Source: Auanema rhodensis | Taxonomy: Eukaryota > Animalia > Nematoda | Length of the DNA: 64,000 nucleotides | Reading direction: 5' to 3' | NCBI GenBank assembly: GCA_964057225.1 | Contig: OZ059895.1 | Span: 2,170,001 to 2,234,000 of the forward strand | Shown: piece after piece, positions 24,601-38,294 of the stretch | How positions within the stretch are numbered: the stretch's first letter is position 1 | Layout of the letters: the number at the start of each line of letters is the position of its first letter | Made by a program: the position numbers and the translations under genes | Notes under the pieces: model-generated | What the model was told of the DNA's origin: nothing | Databases searched by the model: none | What the model saw: the letters and a program-made list of their open reading frames with translations, nothing else

Positions 24601-27600
24601 TAAGCGTTTCTCAATGTAGTATAGTGCATTCGATGCGGATTTTTAAGCTGCGTCGATCTGTGTTATCAGATTTGCGCTAGCTTAAAAATGCACCGAGATA
24701 TCAACTGATATAAGTTTACACTTATATCCTCGATTTTCACCCTGAAGAATTAATTTTTTCGTTGAATAACATCGTCCATCGTCTTTGCCTTGAAAAACGG
24801 AATCTAAAAACATCTACTTTTTGCTAAATTATTTTGAAATTTTTCGAAAAAATTTTTGTCAAAATGTTTTTGGAAGCAATGTTGAGTGTACATGGAAACT
24901 CAACATACACTAATGCATCATTTTTCAAACGATCATAACTAATTTTTGTATTAAGCGTTTCTCAATGTAGTATAGTGCATTCGATGCGGATTTTTAAGCT
25001 GCGTCGATCTGTGTTATCAGATTTGCGCTAGCTTAAAAATGCACCGAGATATCAACTGATATAAGTTCACACTTATATCCTCGATTTTCACCCTGAAGAA
25101 TTAATTTTTTCGTTGAATAACATTGTCCATCGTCTTTGCCTTGAAAAATGGAATCTAAAAACATCTACTTTTTGCTAAATTATTTTGAAATTTTTCGAAA
25201 AAATTTTTGTCAAAATGTTTTTGGAAGCAATGTTGAGTGTACGTGGAAACTCAACATACACTAATGCATCATTTTTCAAACGATTATAACTAATTTTTGT
25301 ATTAAGATTTTCTCAATGTAGTATAGTGCATTCGATGCGGATTTTTAAGCTGCGTCGATCTGTGTTATCAGATTTGCGCTAGCTTAAAAATGCACCGAGA
25401 TATCAACTGATATAAGTTCACACTTATATCCTCGATTTTCACCCTGAAGAATTAATTTTTTCGTTGAATAACATCGTCCATCGTCTTTGCCTTGAAAAAT
25501 GGAATCTAAAAACATCTACTTTTTGCTAAATTATTTTGAAATTTTTCGAAAAAATTTTTGTCAAAATGTTTTTGGAAGCAATGTTGAGTGTACATGGAAA
25601 CTCAACATACACTAATGCATCATTTTTCAAACGATCATAACTAATTTTTGTATTAAGCTTTTCTCAATGTAGTATAGTGCATTCGATGCGGATTTTTTAG
25701 CTGCGTCGATCTGTGTTATCAGATTTGCGCTAGCTTAAAAATGCACCGAGATATCAACTGATATAAGTTCACACTTATATCCTCGATTTTCACCCTGAAG
25801 AATTAATTTTTTCGTTGAATAACATCGTCCATCGTCTTTGCCTTGAAAAATGGAATCTAAAAACATCTACTTTTTGCTAAATTATTTTGAAATTTTTCGA
25901 AAAAATTTTTGTCAAAATGTTTTTGGAAGCAATGTTGAGTGTACATGGAAACTCAACATACACTAATGCATCATTTTTCAAACGATCATAACTAATTTTT
26001 GTATTAAGCTTTTCTCAATGTAGTATAGTGCATTCGATGCGGATTTTTAAGCTGCGTCGATCTGTGTTATCAGATTTGCGCTAGCTTAAAAATGCACCGA
26101 GATATCAACTGATATAAGTTCACACTTATATCCTCGATTTTCACCCTGAAGAATTAATTTTTTCGTTGAATAACATCGTCCATCGTCTTTGCCTTGAAAA
26201 ATGGAATCTAAAAACATCTACTTTTTGCGAAATTATTTTGAAATTTTTCGAAAAAATTTTTGTCAAAATGTTTTTGGAAGCAATGTTGAGTGTACATGGA
26301 AACTCAACATACACTAATGCATCATTTTTCAAACGATCATAACTAATTTTTGTATTAAGCTTTTCTCAATGTAGTATAGTGCATTCGATGCGGATTTTTA
26401 AGCTGCGTCGATCTGTGTTATCAGATTTGCGCTAGCTTAAAAATGCACCGAGATATCAACTGATATAAGTTCACACTTATATCCTCGATTTTCACCCTGA
26501 AGAATTAATTTTTTCGTTGAATAACATCGTCCATCGTCTTTGCCTTGAAAAACGGAATCTAAAAACATCTACTTTTTGCTAAATTATTTTGAAATTTTTC
26601 GAAAAAATTTTTGTCAAAATGTTTTTGGAAGCAATGTTGAGTGTACATGGAAACTCAACATACACTAATGCATCATTTTTCAAACGATCATAACTAATTT
26701 TTGTATTAAGCGTTTCTCAATGTAGTATAGTGCATTCGATGCGGATTTTTAAGCTGCGTCGATCTGTGTTATCAGATTTGCGCTAGCTTAAAAATGCACC
26801 GAGATATCAACTGATATAAGTTCACACTTATATCCTCGATTTTCACCCTGAAGAATTAATTTTTTCGTTGAATAACATCGTCCATCGTCTTTGCCTTGAA
26901 AAATGGAATCTAAAAACATCTACTTTTTGCTAAATTATTTTGAAATTTTTCGAAAAAATTTTTGTCAAAATGTTTTTGGAAGCAATGTTGAGTGTACATG
27001 GAAACTCAACATACACTAATGCATCATTTTTCAAACGATTATAACTAATTTTTGTATTAAGCTTTTCTCAATGTAGTATAGTGCATTCGATGCGGATTTT
27101 TAAGCTGCGTCGATCTGTGTTATCAGATTTGCGCTAGCTTAAAAATGCACCGAGATATCAACTGATATAAGTTCACACTTATATTCTCGATTTTCACCCT
27201 GAAGAATTAATTTTTTCGTTGAATAACATTGTCCATCGTCTTTGCCTTGAAAAATGGAATCTAAAAACATCTACTTTTTGCTAAATTATTTTGAAATTTT
27301 TCGAAAAAATTTTTGTCAAAATGTTTTTGGAAGCAATGTTGAGTGTACGTGGAAACTCAACATACACTAATGCATCATTTTTCAAACGATCATAACTAAT
27401 TTTTGTATTAAGCTTTTCTCAATGTAGTATAGTGCATTCGATGCGGATTTTTAAGCTGCGTCGATCTGTGTTATCAGATTTGCGCTAGCTTAAAAATGCA
27501 CCGAGATATCAACTGATATAAGTTCACACTTATATCCTCGATTTTCACCCTGAAGAATTAATTTTTTCGTTGAATAACATTGTCCATCTTCTTTGCCACA

Positions 27601-30600
27601 AAAAATGGAATCTAAAAACATCTACTTTTTGCTAAATTATTTTGAAATTTTTCGAAAAAATTTTTGTCAAAATGTTTTTGGAAGCAATGTTGAGTGTACA
27701 TGGAAACTCAACATACACTAATGCATCATTTTTCAAACGATCATAACTAATTTTTGTATTAAGCGTTTCTCAATGTAGTATAGTGCATTCGATGCGGATT
27801 TTTAAGCTGCGTCGATCTGTGTTATCAGATTTGCGCTAGCTTAAAAATGCACCGAGATATCAACTGATATAAGTTCACACTTATATCCTCGATTTTCACC
27901 CTGAAGAATTAATTTTTTCGTTGAATAACATCGTCCATCGTCTTTGCCTTGAAAAATGGAATCTAAAAACATCTACTTTTTGCTAAATTATTTTGAAATT
28001 TTTCGAAAAAATTTTTGTCAAAATGTTTTTGGAAGCAATGTTGAGTGTACATGGAAACTCAACATACACTAATGCATCATTTTTCAAACGATCATAACTA
28101 ATTTTTGTATTAAGCTTTTCTCAATGTAGTATAGTGCATTCGATGCGGATTTTTTAGCTGCGTCGATCTGTGTTATCAGATTTGCGCTAGCTTAAAAATG
28201 CACCGAGATATCAACTGATATAAGTTCACACTTATATCCTCGATTTTCACCCTGAAGAATTAATTTTTTCGTTGAATAACATTGTCCATCGTCTTTGCCT
28301 TGAAAAATGGAATCTAAAAACATCTATTTTTTGCTAAATTGTTTCGAAATTTTTCGAAAAAATTTTTGTCAAAATGTTTTTGGAAGCAATGTTGAGTGTA
28401 CATGGAAACTCAACATACACTAATGCATCATTTTTCAAACGATCATAACTAATTTTTGTATTAAGCTTTTCTCAATGTAGTATAGTGCATTCGATGCGGA
28501 TTTTTAAGCTGCGTCGATCTGTGTTATCAGATTTGCGCTAGCTTAAAAATGCACCGAGATATCAACTGATATAAGTTCACACTTATATCCTCGATTTTCA
28601 CCCTGAAGAATTAATTTTTTCGTTGAATAACATCGTCCATCGTCTTTGCCTTGAAAAATGGAATCTAAAAACATCTACTTTTTGCTAAATTATTTTGAAA
28701 TTTTTCGAAAAAATTTTTGTCAAAATGTTTTTGGAAGCAATGTTGAGTGTACGTGGAAACTCAACATACACTAATGCATCATTTTTCAAACGATCATAAC
28801 TAATTTTTGTATTAAGCGTTTCTCAATGTAGTATAGTGCATTCGATGCGGATTTTTAAGCTGCGTCGATCTGTGTTATCAGATTTGCGCTAGCTTAAAAA
28901 TGCACCGAGATATCAACTGATATAAGTTCACACTTATATCCTCGATTTTCACCCTGAAGAATTAATTTTTTCGTTGAATAACATCGTCCATCGTCTTTGC
29001 CTTGAAAAACGGAATCTAAAAACATCTACTTTTTGCTAAATTATTTTGAAATTTTTCGAAAAAATTTTTGTCAAAATGTTTTTGGAAGCAATGTTGAGTG
29101 TACATGGAAACTCAACATACACTAATGCATCATTTTTCAAACGATCATAACTAATTTTTGTATTAAGCGTTTCTCAATGTAGTATAGTGCATTCGATGCG
29201 GATTTTTAAGCTGCGTCGATCTGTGTTATCAGATTTGCGCTAGCTTAAAAATGCACCGAGATATCAACTGATATAAGTTCACACTTATATCCTCGATTTT
29301 CACCCTGAAGAATTAATTTTTTCGTTGAATAACATTGTCCATCGTCTTTGCCTTGAAAAATGGAATCTAAAAACATCTACTTTTTGCTAAATTATTTTGA
29401 AATTTTTCGAAAAAATTTTTGTCAAAATGTTTTTGGAAGCAATGTTGAGTGTACGTGGAAACTCAACATACACTAATGCATCATTTTTCAAACGATTATA
29501 ACTAATTTTTGTATTAAGATTTTCTCAATGTAGTATAGTGCATTCGATGCGGATTTTTAAGCTGCGTCGATCTGTGTTATCAGATTTGCGCTAGCTTAAA
29601 AATGCACCGAGATATCAACTGATATAAGTTCACACTTATATTCTCGATTTTCACCCTGAAGAATTAATTTTTTCGTTGAATAACATTGTCCATCGTCTTT
29701 GCCTTGAAAAATGGAATCTAAAAACATCTACTTTTTGCTAAATTATTTTGAAATTTTTCGAAAAAATTTTTGTCAAAATGTTTTTGGAAGCAATGTTGAG
29801 TGTACGTGGAAACTCAACATACACTAATGCATCATTTTTCAAACGATCATAACTAATTTTTGTATTAAGCTTTTCTCAATGTAGTATAGTGCATTCGATG
29901 CGGATTTTTAAGCTGCGTCGATCTGTGTTATCAGATTTGCGCTAGCTTAAAAATGCACCGAGATATCAACTGATATAAGTTCACACTTATATCCTCGATT
30001 TTCACCCTGAAGAATTAATTTTTTCGTTGAATAACATTGTCCATCTTCTTTGCCACAAAAAATGGAATCTAAAAACATCTACTTTTTGCTAAATTATTTT
30101 GAAATTTTTCGAAAAAATTTTTGTCAAAATGTTTTTGGAAGCAATGTTGAGTGTACATGGAAACTCAACATACACTAATGCATCATTTTTCAAACGATCA
30201 TAACTAATTTTTGTATTAAGCGTTTCTCAATGTAGTATAGTGCATTCGATGCGGATTTTTAAGCTGCGTCGATCTGTGTTATCAGATTTGCGCTAGCTTA
30301 AAAATGCACCGAGATATCAACTGATATAAGTTCACACTTATATCCTCGATTTTCACCCTGAAGAATTAATTTTTTCGTTGAATAACATCGTCCATCGTCT
30401 TTGCCTTGAAAAATGGAATCTAAAAACATCTACTTTTTGCTAAATTATTTTGAAATTTTTCGAAAAAATTTTTGTCAAAATGTTTTTGGAAGCAATGTTG
30501 AGTGTACATGGAAACTCAACATACACTAATGCATCATTTTTCAAACGATCATAACTAATTTTTGTATTAAGCTTTTCTCAATGTAGTATAGTGCATTCGA

Positions 30601-33600
30601 TGCGGATTTTTTAGCTGCGTCGATCTGTGTTATCAGATTTGCGCTAGCTTAAAAATGCACCGAGATATCAACTGATATAAGTTCACACTTATATCCTCGA
30701 TTTTCACCCTGAAGAATTAATTTTTTCGTTGAATAACATTGTCCATCTTCTTTGCCACAAAAAATGGAATCTAAAAACATCTACTTTTTGCTAAATTATT
30801 TTGAAATTTTTCGAAAAAATTTTTGTCAAAATGTTTTTGGAAGCAATGTTGAGTGTACATGGAAACTCAACATACACTAATGCATCATTTTTCAAACGAT
30901 CATAACTAATTTTTGTATTAAGCGTTTCTCAATGTAGTATAGTGCATTCGATGCGGATTTTTAAGCTGCGTCGATCTGTGTTATCAGATTTGCGCTAGCT
31001 TAAAAATGCACCGAGATATCAACTGATATAAGTTCACACTTATATCCTCGATTTTCACCCTGAAGAATTAATTTTTTCGTTGAATAACATCGTCCATCGT
31101 CTTTGCCTTGAAAAATGGAATCTAAAAACATCTACTTTTTGCTAAATTATTTTGAAATTTTTCGAAAAAATTTTTGTCAAAATGTTTTTGGAAGCAATGT
31201 TGAGTGTACATGGAAACTCAACATACACTAATGCATCATTTTTCAAACGATCATAACTAATTTTTGTATTAAGCTTTTCTCAATGTAGTATAGTGCATTC
31301 GATGCGGATTTTTTAGCTGCGTCGATCTGTGTTATCAGATTTGCGCTAGCTTAAAAATGCACCGAGATATCAACTGATATAAGTTCACACTTATATCCTC
31401 GATTTTCACCCTGAAGAATTAATTTTTTCGTTGAATAACATTGTCCATCGTCTTTGCCTTGAAAAATGGAATCTAAAAACATCTATTTTTTGCTAAATTG
31501 TTTCGAAATTTTTCGAAAAAATTTTTGTCAAAATGTTTTTGGAAGCAATGTTGAGTGTACATGGAAACTCAACATACACTAATGCATCATTTTTCAAACG
31601 ATCATAACTAATTTTTGTATTAAGCTTTTCTCAATGTAGTATAGTGCATTCGATGCGGATTTTTAAGCTGCGTCGATCTGTGTTATCAGATTTGCGCTAG
31701 CTTAAAAATGCACCGAGATATCAACTGATATAAGTTTACACTTATATCCTCGATTTTCACCCTGAAGAATTAATTTTTTCGTTGAATAACATCGTCCATC
31801 GTCTTTGCCTTGAAAAACGGAATCTAAAAACATCTACTTTTTGCTAAATTATTTTGAAATTTTTCGAAAAAATTTTTGTCAAAATGTTTTTGGAAGCAAT
31901 GTTGAGTGTACATGGAAACTCAACATACACTAATGCATCATTTTTCAAACGATCATAACTAATTTTTGTATTAAGCGTTTCTCAATGTAGTATAGTGCAT
32001 TCGATGCGGATTTTTAAGCTGCGTCGATCTGTGTTATCAGATTTGCGCTAGCTTAAAAATGCACCGAGATATCAACTGATATAAGTTCACACTTATATCC
32101 TCGATTTTCACCCTGAAGAATTAATTTTTTCGTTGAATAACATCGTCCATCGTCTTTGCCTTGAAAAACGGAATCTAAAAACATCTACTTTTTGCTAAAT
32201 TATTTTGAAATTTTTCGAAAAAATTTTTGTCAAAATGTTTTTGGAAGCAATGTTGAGTGTACATGGAAACTCAACATACACTAATGCATCATTTTTCAAA
32301 CGATCATAACTAATTTTTGTATTAAGCGTTTCTCAATGTAGTATAGTGCATTCGATGCGGATTTTTAAGCTGCGTCGATCTGTGTTATCAGATTTGCGCT
32401 AGCTTAAAAATGCACCGAGATATCAACTGATATAAGTTCACACTTATATCCTCGATTTTCACCCTGAAGAATTAATTTTTTCGTTGAATAACATTGTCCA
32501 TCGTCTTTGCCTTGAAAAATGGAATCTAAAAACATCTACTTTTTGCTAAATTATTTTGAAATTTTTCGAAAAAATTTTTGTCAAAATGTTTTTGGAAGCA
32601 ATGTTGAGTGTACGTGGAAACTCAACATACACTAATGCATCATTTTTCAAACGATTATAACTAATTTTTGTATTAAGATTTTCTCAATGTAGTATAGTGC
32701 ATTCGATGCGGATTTTTAAGCTGCGTCGATCTGTGTTATCAGATTTGCGCTAGCTTAAAAATGCACCGAGATATCAACTGATATAAGTTCACACTTATAT
32801 CCTCGATTTTCACCCTGAAGAATTAATTTTTTCGTTGAATAACATCGTCCATCGTCTTTGCCTTGAAAAATGGAATCTAAAAACATCTACTTTTTGCTAA
32901 ATTATTTTGAAATTTTTCGAAAAAATTTTTGTCAAAATGTTTTTGGAAGCAATGTTGAGTGTACATGGAAACTCAACATACACTAATGCATCATTTTTCA
33001 AACGATCATAACTAATTTTTGTATTAAGCGTTTCTCAATGTAGTATAGTGCATTCGATGCGGATTTTTAAGCTGCGTCGATCTGTGTTATCAGATTTGCG
33101 CTAGCTTAAAAATGCACCGAGATATCAACTGATATAAGTTTACACTTATATCCTCGATTTTCACCCTGAAGAATTAATTTTTTCGTTGAATAACATCGTC
33201 CATCGTCTTTGCCTTGAAAAACGGAATCTAAAAACATCTACTTTTTGCTAAATTATTTTGAAATTTTTCGAAAAAATTTTTGTCAAAATGTTTTTGGAAG
33301 CAATGTTGAGTGTACATGGAAACTCAACATACACTAATGCATCATTTTTCAAACGATCATAACTAATTTTTGTATTAAGCGTTTCTCAATGTAGTATAGT
33401 GCATTCGATGCGGATTTTTAAGCTGCGTCGATCTGTGTTATCAGATTTGCGCTAGCTTAAAAATGCACCGAGATATCAACTGATATAAGTTCACACTTAT
33501 ATCCTCGATTTTCACCCTGAAGAATTAATTTTTTCGTTGAATAACATTGTCCATCGTCTTTGCCTTGAAAAACGGAATCTAAAAACATCTACTTTTTGCT

Positions 33601-36600
33601 AAATTGTTTCGAAATTTTTCGAAAAAATTTTTGTCAAAATGTTTTTGGAAGCAATGTTGAGTGTACATGGAAACTCAACATACACTAATGCATCATTTTT
33701 CAAACGATCATAACTAATTTTTGTATTAAGCTTTTCTCAATGTAGTATAGTGCATTCGATGCGGATTTTTAAGCTGCGTCGATCTGTGTTATCAGATTTG
33801 CGCTAGCTTAAAAATGCACCGAGATATCAACTGATATAAGTTCACACTTATATCCTCGATTTTCACCCTGAAGAATTAATTTTTTCGTTGAATAACATCG
33901 TCCATCGTCTTTGCCTTGAAAAACGGAATCTAAAAACATCTACTTTTTGCTAAATTATTTTGAAATTTTTCGAAAAAATTTTTGTCAAAATGTTTTTGGA
34001 AGCAATGTTGAGTGTACATGGAAACTCAACATACACTAATGCATCATTTTTCAAACGATCATAACTAATTTTTGTATTAAGCGTTTCTCAATGTAGTATA
34101 GTGCATTCGATGCGGATTTTTAAGCTGCGTCGATCTGTGTTATCAGATTTGCGCTAGCTTAAAAATGCACCGAGATATCAACTGATATAAGTTTACACTT
34201 ATATCCTCGATTTTCACCCTGAAGAATTAATTTTTTCGTTGAATAACATCGTCCATCGTCTTTGCCTTGAAAAACGGAATCTAAAAACATCTACTTTTTG
34301 CTAAATTATTTTGAAATTTTTCGAAAAAATTTTTGTCAAAATGTTTTTGGAAGCAATGTTGAGTGTACATGGAAACTCAACATACACTAATGCATCATTT
34401 TTCAAACGATCATAACTAATTTTTGTATTAAGCGTTTCTCAATGTAGTATAGTGCATTCGATGCGGATTTTTAAGCTGCGTCGATCTGTGTTATCAGATT
34501 TGCGCTAGCTTAAAAATGCACCGAGATATCAACTGATATAAGTTCACACTTATATCCTCGATTTTCACCCTGAAGAATTAATTTTTTCGTTGAATAACAT
34601 TGTCCATCGTCTTTGCCTTGAAAAATGGAATCTAAAAACATCTACTTTTTGCTAAATTATTTTGAAATTTTTCGAAAAAATTTTTGTCAAAATGTTTTTG
34701 GAAGCAATGTTGAGTGTACGTGGAAACTCAACATACACTAATGCATCATTTTTCAAACGATTATAACTAATTTTTGTATTAAGATTTTCTCAATGTAGTA
34801 TAGTGCATTCGATGCGGATTTTTAAGCTGCGTCGATCTGTGTTATCAGATTTGCGCTAGCTTAAAAATGCACCGAGATATCAACTGATATAAGTTCACAC
34901 TTATATCCTCGATTTTCACCCTGAAGAATTAATTTTTTCGTTGAATAACATCGTCCATCGTCTTTGCCTTGAAAAATGGAATCTAAAAACATCTACTTTT
35001 TGCTAAATTATTTTGAAATTTTTCGAAAAAATTTTTGTCAAAATGTTTTTGGAAGCAATGTTGAGTGTACATGGAAACTCAACATACACTAATGCATCAT
35101 TTTTCAAACGATCATAACTAATTTTTGTATTAAGCTTTTCTCAATGTAGTATAGTGCATTCGATGCGGATTTTTTAGCTGCGTCGATCTGTGTTATCAGA
35201 TTTGCGCTAGCTTAAAAATGCACCGAGATATCAACTGATATAAGTTCACACTTATATCCTCGATTTTCACCCTGAAGAATTAATTTTTTCGTTGAATAAC
35301 ATCGTCCATCGTCTTTGCCTTGAAAAATGGAATCTAAAAACATCTACTTTTTGCTAAATTATTTTGAAATTTTTCGAAAAAATTTTTGTCAAAATGTTTT
35401 TGGAAGCAATGTTGAGTGTACATGGAAACTCAACATACACTAATGCATCATTTTTCAAACGATCATAACTAATTTTTGTATTAAGCTTTTCTCAATGTAG
35501 TATAGTGCATTCGATGCGGATTTTTAAGCTGCGTCGATCTGTGTTATCAGATTTGCGCTAGCTTAAAAATGCACCGAGATATCAACTGATATAAGTTCAC
35601 ACTTATATCCTCGATTTTCACCCTGAAGAATTAATTTTTTCGTTGAATAACATCGTCCATCGTCTTTGCCTTGAAAAATGGAATCTAAAAACATCTACTT
35701 TTTGCGAAATTATTTTGAAATTTTTCGAAAAAATTTTTGTCAAAATGTTTTTGGAAGCAATGTTGAGTGTACATGGAAACTCAACATACACTAATGCATC
35801 ATTTTTCAAACGATCATAACTAATTTTTGTATTAAGCTTTTCTCAATGTAGTATAGTGCATTCGATGCGGATTTTTAAGCTGCGTCGATCTGTGTTATCA
35901 GATTTGCGCTAGCTTAAAAATGCACCGAGATATCAACTGATATAAGTTCACACTTATATCCTCGATTTTCACCCTGAAGAATTAATTTTTTCGTTGAATA
36001 ACATCGTCCATCGTCTTTGCCTTGAAAAACGGAATCTAAAAACATCTACTTTTTGCTAAATTATTTTGAAATTTTTCGAAAAAATTTTTGTCAAAATGTT
36101 TTTGGAAGCAATGTTGAGTGTACATGGAAACTCAACATACACTAATGCATCATTTTTCAAACGATCATAACTAATTTTTGTATTAAGCGTTTCTCAATGT
36201 AGTATAGTGCATTCGATGCGGATTTTTAAGCTGCGTCGATCTGTGTTATCAGATTTGCGCTAGCTTAAAAATGCACCGAGATATCAACTGATATAAGTTC
36301 ACACTTATATCCTCGATTTTCACCCTGAAGAATTAATTTTTTCGTTGAATAACATCGTCCATCGTCTTTGCCTTGAAAAATGGAATCTAAAAACATCTAC
36401 TTTTTGCTAAATTATTTTGAAATTTTTCGAAAAAATTTTTGTCAAAATGTTTTTGGAAGCAATGTTGAGTGTACATGGAAACTCAACATACACTAATGCA
36501 TCATTTTTCAAACGATTATAACTAATTTTTGTATTAAGCTTTTCTCAATGTAGTATAGTGCATTCGATGCGGATTTTTAAGCTGCGTCGATCTGTGTTAT

Positions 36601-38294
36601 CAGATTTGCGCTAGCTTAAAAATGCACCGAGATATCAACTGATATAAGTTCACACTTATATTCTCGATTTTCACCCTGAAGAATTAATTTTTTCGTTGAA
36701 TAACATTGTCCATCGTCTTTGCCTTGAAAAATGGAATCTAAAAACATCTACTTTTTGCTAAATTATTTTGAAATTTTTCGAAAAAATTTTTGTCAAAATG
36801 TTTTTGGAAGCAATGTTGAGTGTACGTGGAAACTCAACATACACTAATGCATCATTTTTCAAACGATCATAACTAATTTTTGTATTAAGCTTTTCTCAAT
36901 GTAGTATAGTGCATTCGATGCGGATTTTTAAGCTGCGTCGATCTGTGTTATCAGATTTGCGCTAGCTTAAAAATGCACCGAGATATCAACTGATATAAGT
37001 TCACACTTATATCCTCGATTTTCACCCTGAAGAATTAATTTTTTCGTTGAATAACATTGTCCATCTTCTTTGCCACAAAAAATGGAATCTAAAAACATCT
37101 ACTTTTTGCTAAATTATTTTGAAATTTTTCGAAAAAATTTTTGTCAAAATGTTTTTGGAAGCAATGTTGAGTGTACATGGAAACTCAACATACACTAATG
37201 CATCATTTTTCAAACGATCATAACTAATTTTTGTATTAAGCGTTTCTCAATGTAGTATAGTGCATTCGATGCGGATTTTTAAGCTGCGTCGATCTGTGTT
37301 ATCAGATTTGCGCTAGCTTAAAAATGCACCGAGATATCAACTGATATAAGTTCACACTTATATCCTCGATTTTCACCCTGAAGAATTAATTTTTTCGTTG
37401 AATAACATCGTCCATCGTCTTTGCCTTGAAAAATGGAATCTAAAAACATCTACTTTTTGCTAAATTATTTTGAAATTTTTCGAAAAAATTTTTGTCAAAA
37501 TGTTTTTGGAAGCAATGTTGAGTGTACATGGAAACTCAACATACACTAATGCATCATTTTTCAAACGATCATAACTAATTTTTGTATTAAGCTTTTCTCA
37601 ATGTAGTATAGTGCATTCGATGCGGATTTTTTAGCTGCGTCGATCTGTGTTATCAGATTTGCGCTAGCTTAAAAATGCACCGAGATATCAACTGATATAA
37701 GTTCACACTTATATCCTCGATTTTCACCCTGAAGAATTAATTTTTTCGTTGAATAACATTGTCCATCGTCTTTGCCTTGAAAAATGGAATCTAAAAACAT
37801 CTATTTTTTGCTAAATTGTTTCGAAATTTTTCGAAAAAATTTTTGTCAAAATGTTTTTGGAAGCAATGTTGAGTGTACATGGAAACTCAACATACACTAA
37901 TGCATCATTTTTCAAACGATCATAACTAATTTTTGTATTAAGCTTTTCTCAATGTAGTATAGTGCATTCGATGCGGATTTTTAAGCTGCGTCGATCTGTG
38001 TTATCAGATTTGCGCTAGCTTAAAAATGCACCGAGATATCAACTGATATAAGTTCACACTTATATCCTCGATTTTCACCCTGAAGAATTAATTTTTTCGT
38101 TGAATAACATCGTCCATCGTCTTTGCCTTGAAAAATGGAATCTAAAAACATCTACTTTTTGCTAAATTATTTTGAAATTTTTCGAAAAAATTTTTGTCAA
38201 AATGTTTTTGGAAGCAATGTTGAGTGTACGTGGAAACTCAACATACACTAATGCATCATTTTTCAAACGATCATAACTAATTTTTGTATTAAGC
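18679..38294 (+). repeat. 27-monomer (9,477 bp) near-perfect tandem duplication
   Basis: The variant series of M54/55-M82 matches M81/82-M109 monomer for monomer by eye. The match ends at M110, which lacks the 36G present in M83. ORFs at 26141 and 35618 are 9,477 bp apart. Confidence 0.9.
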
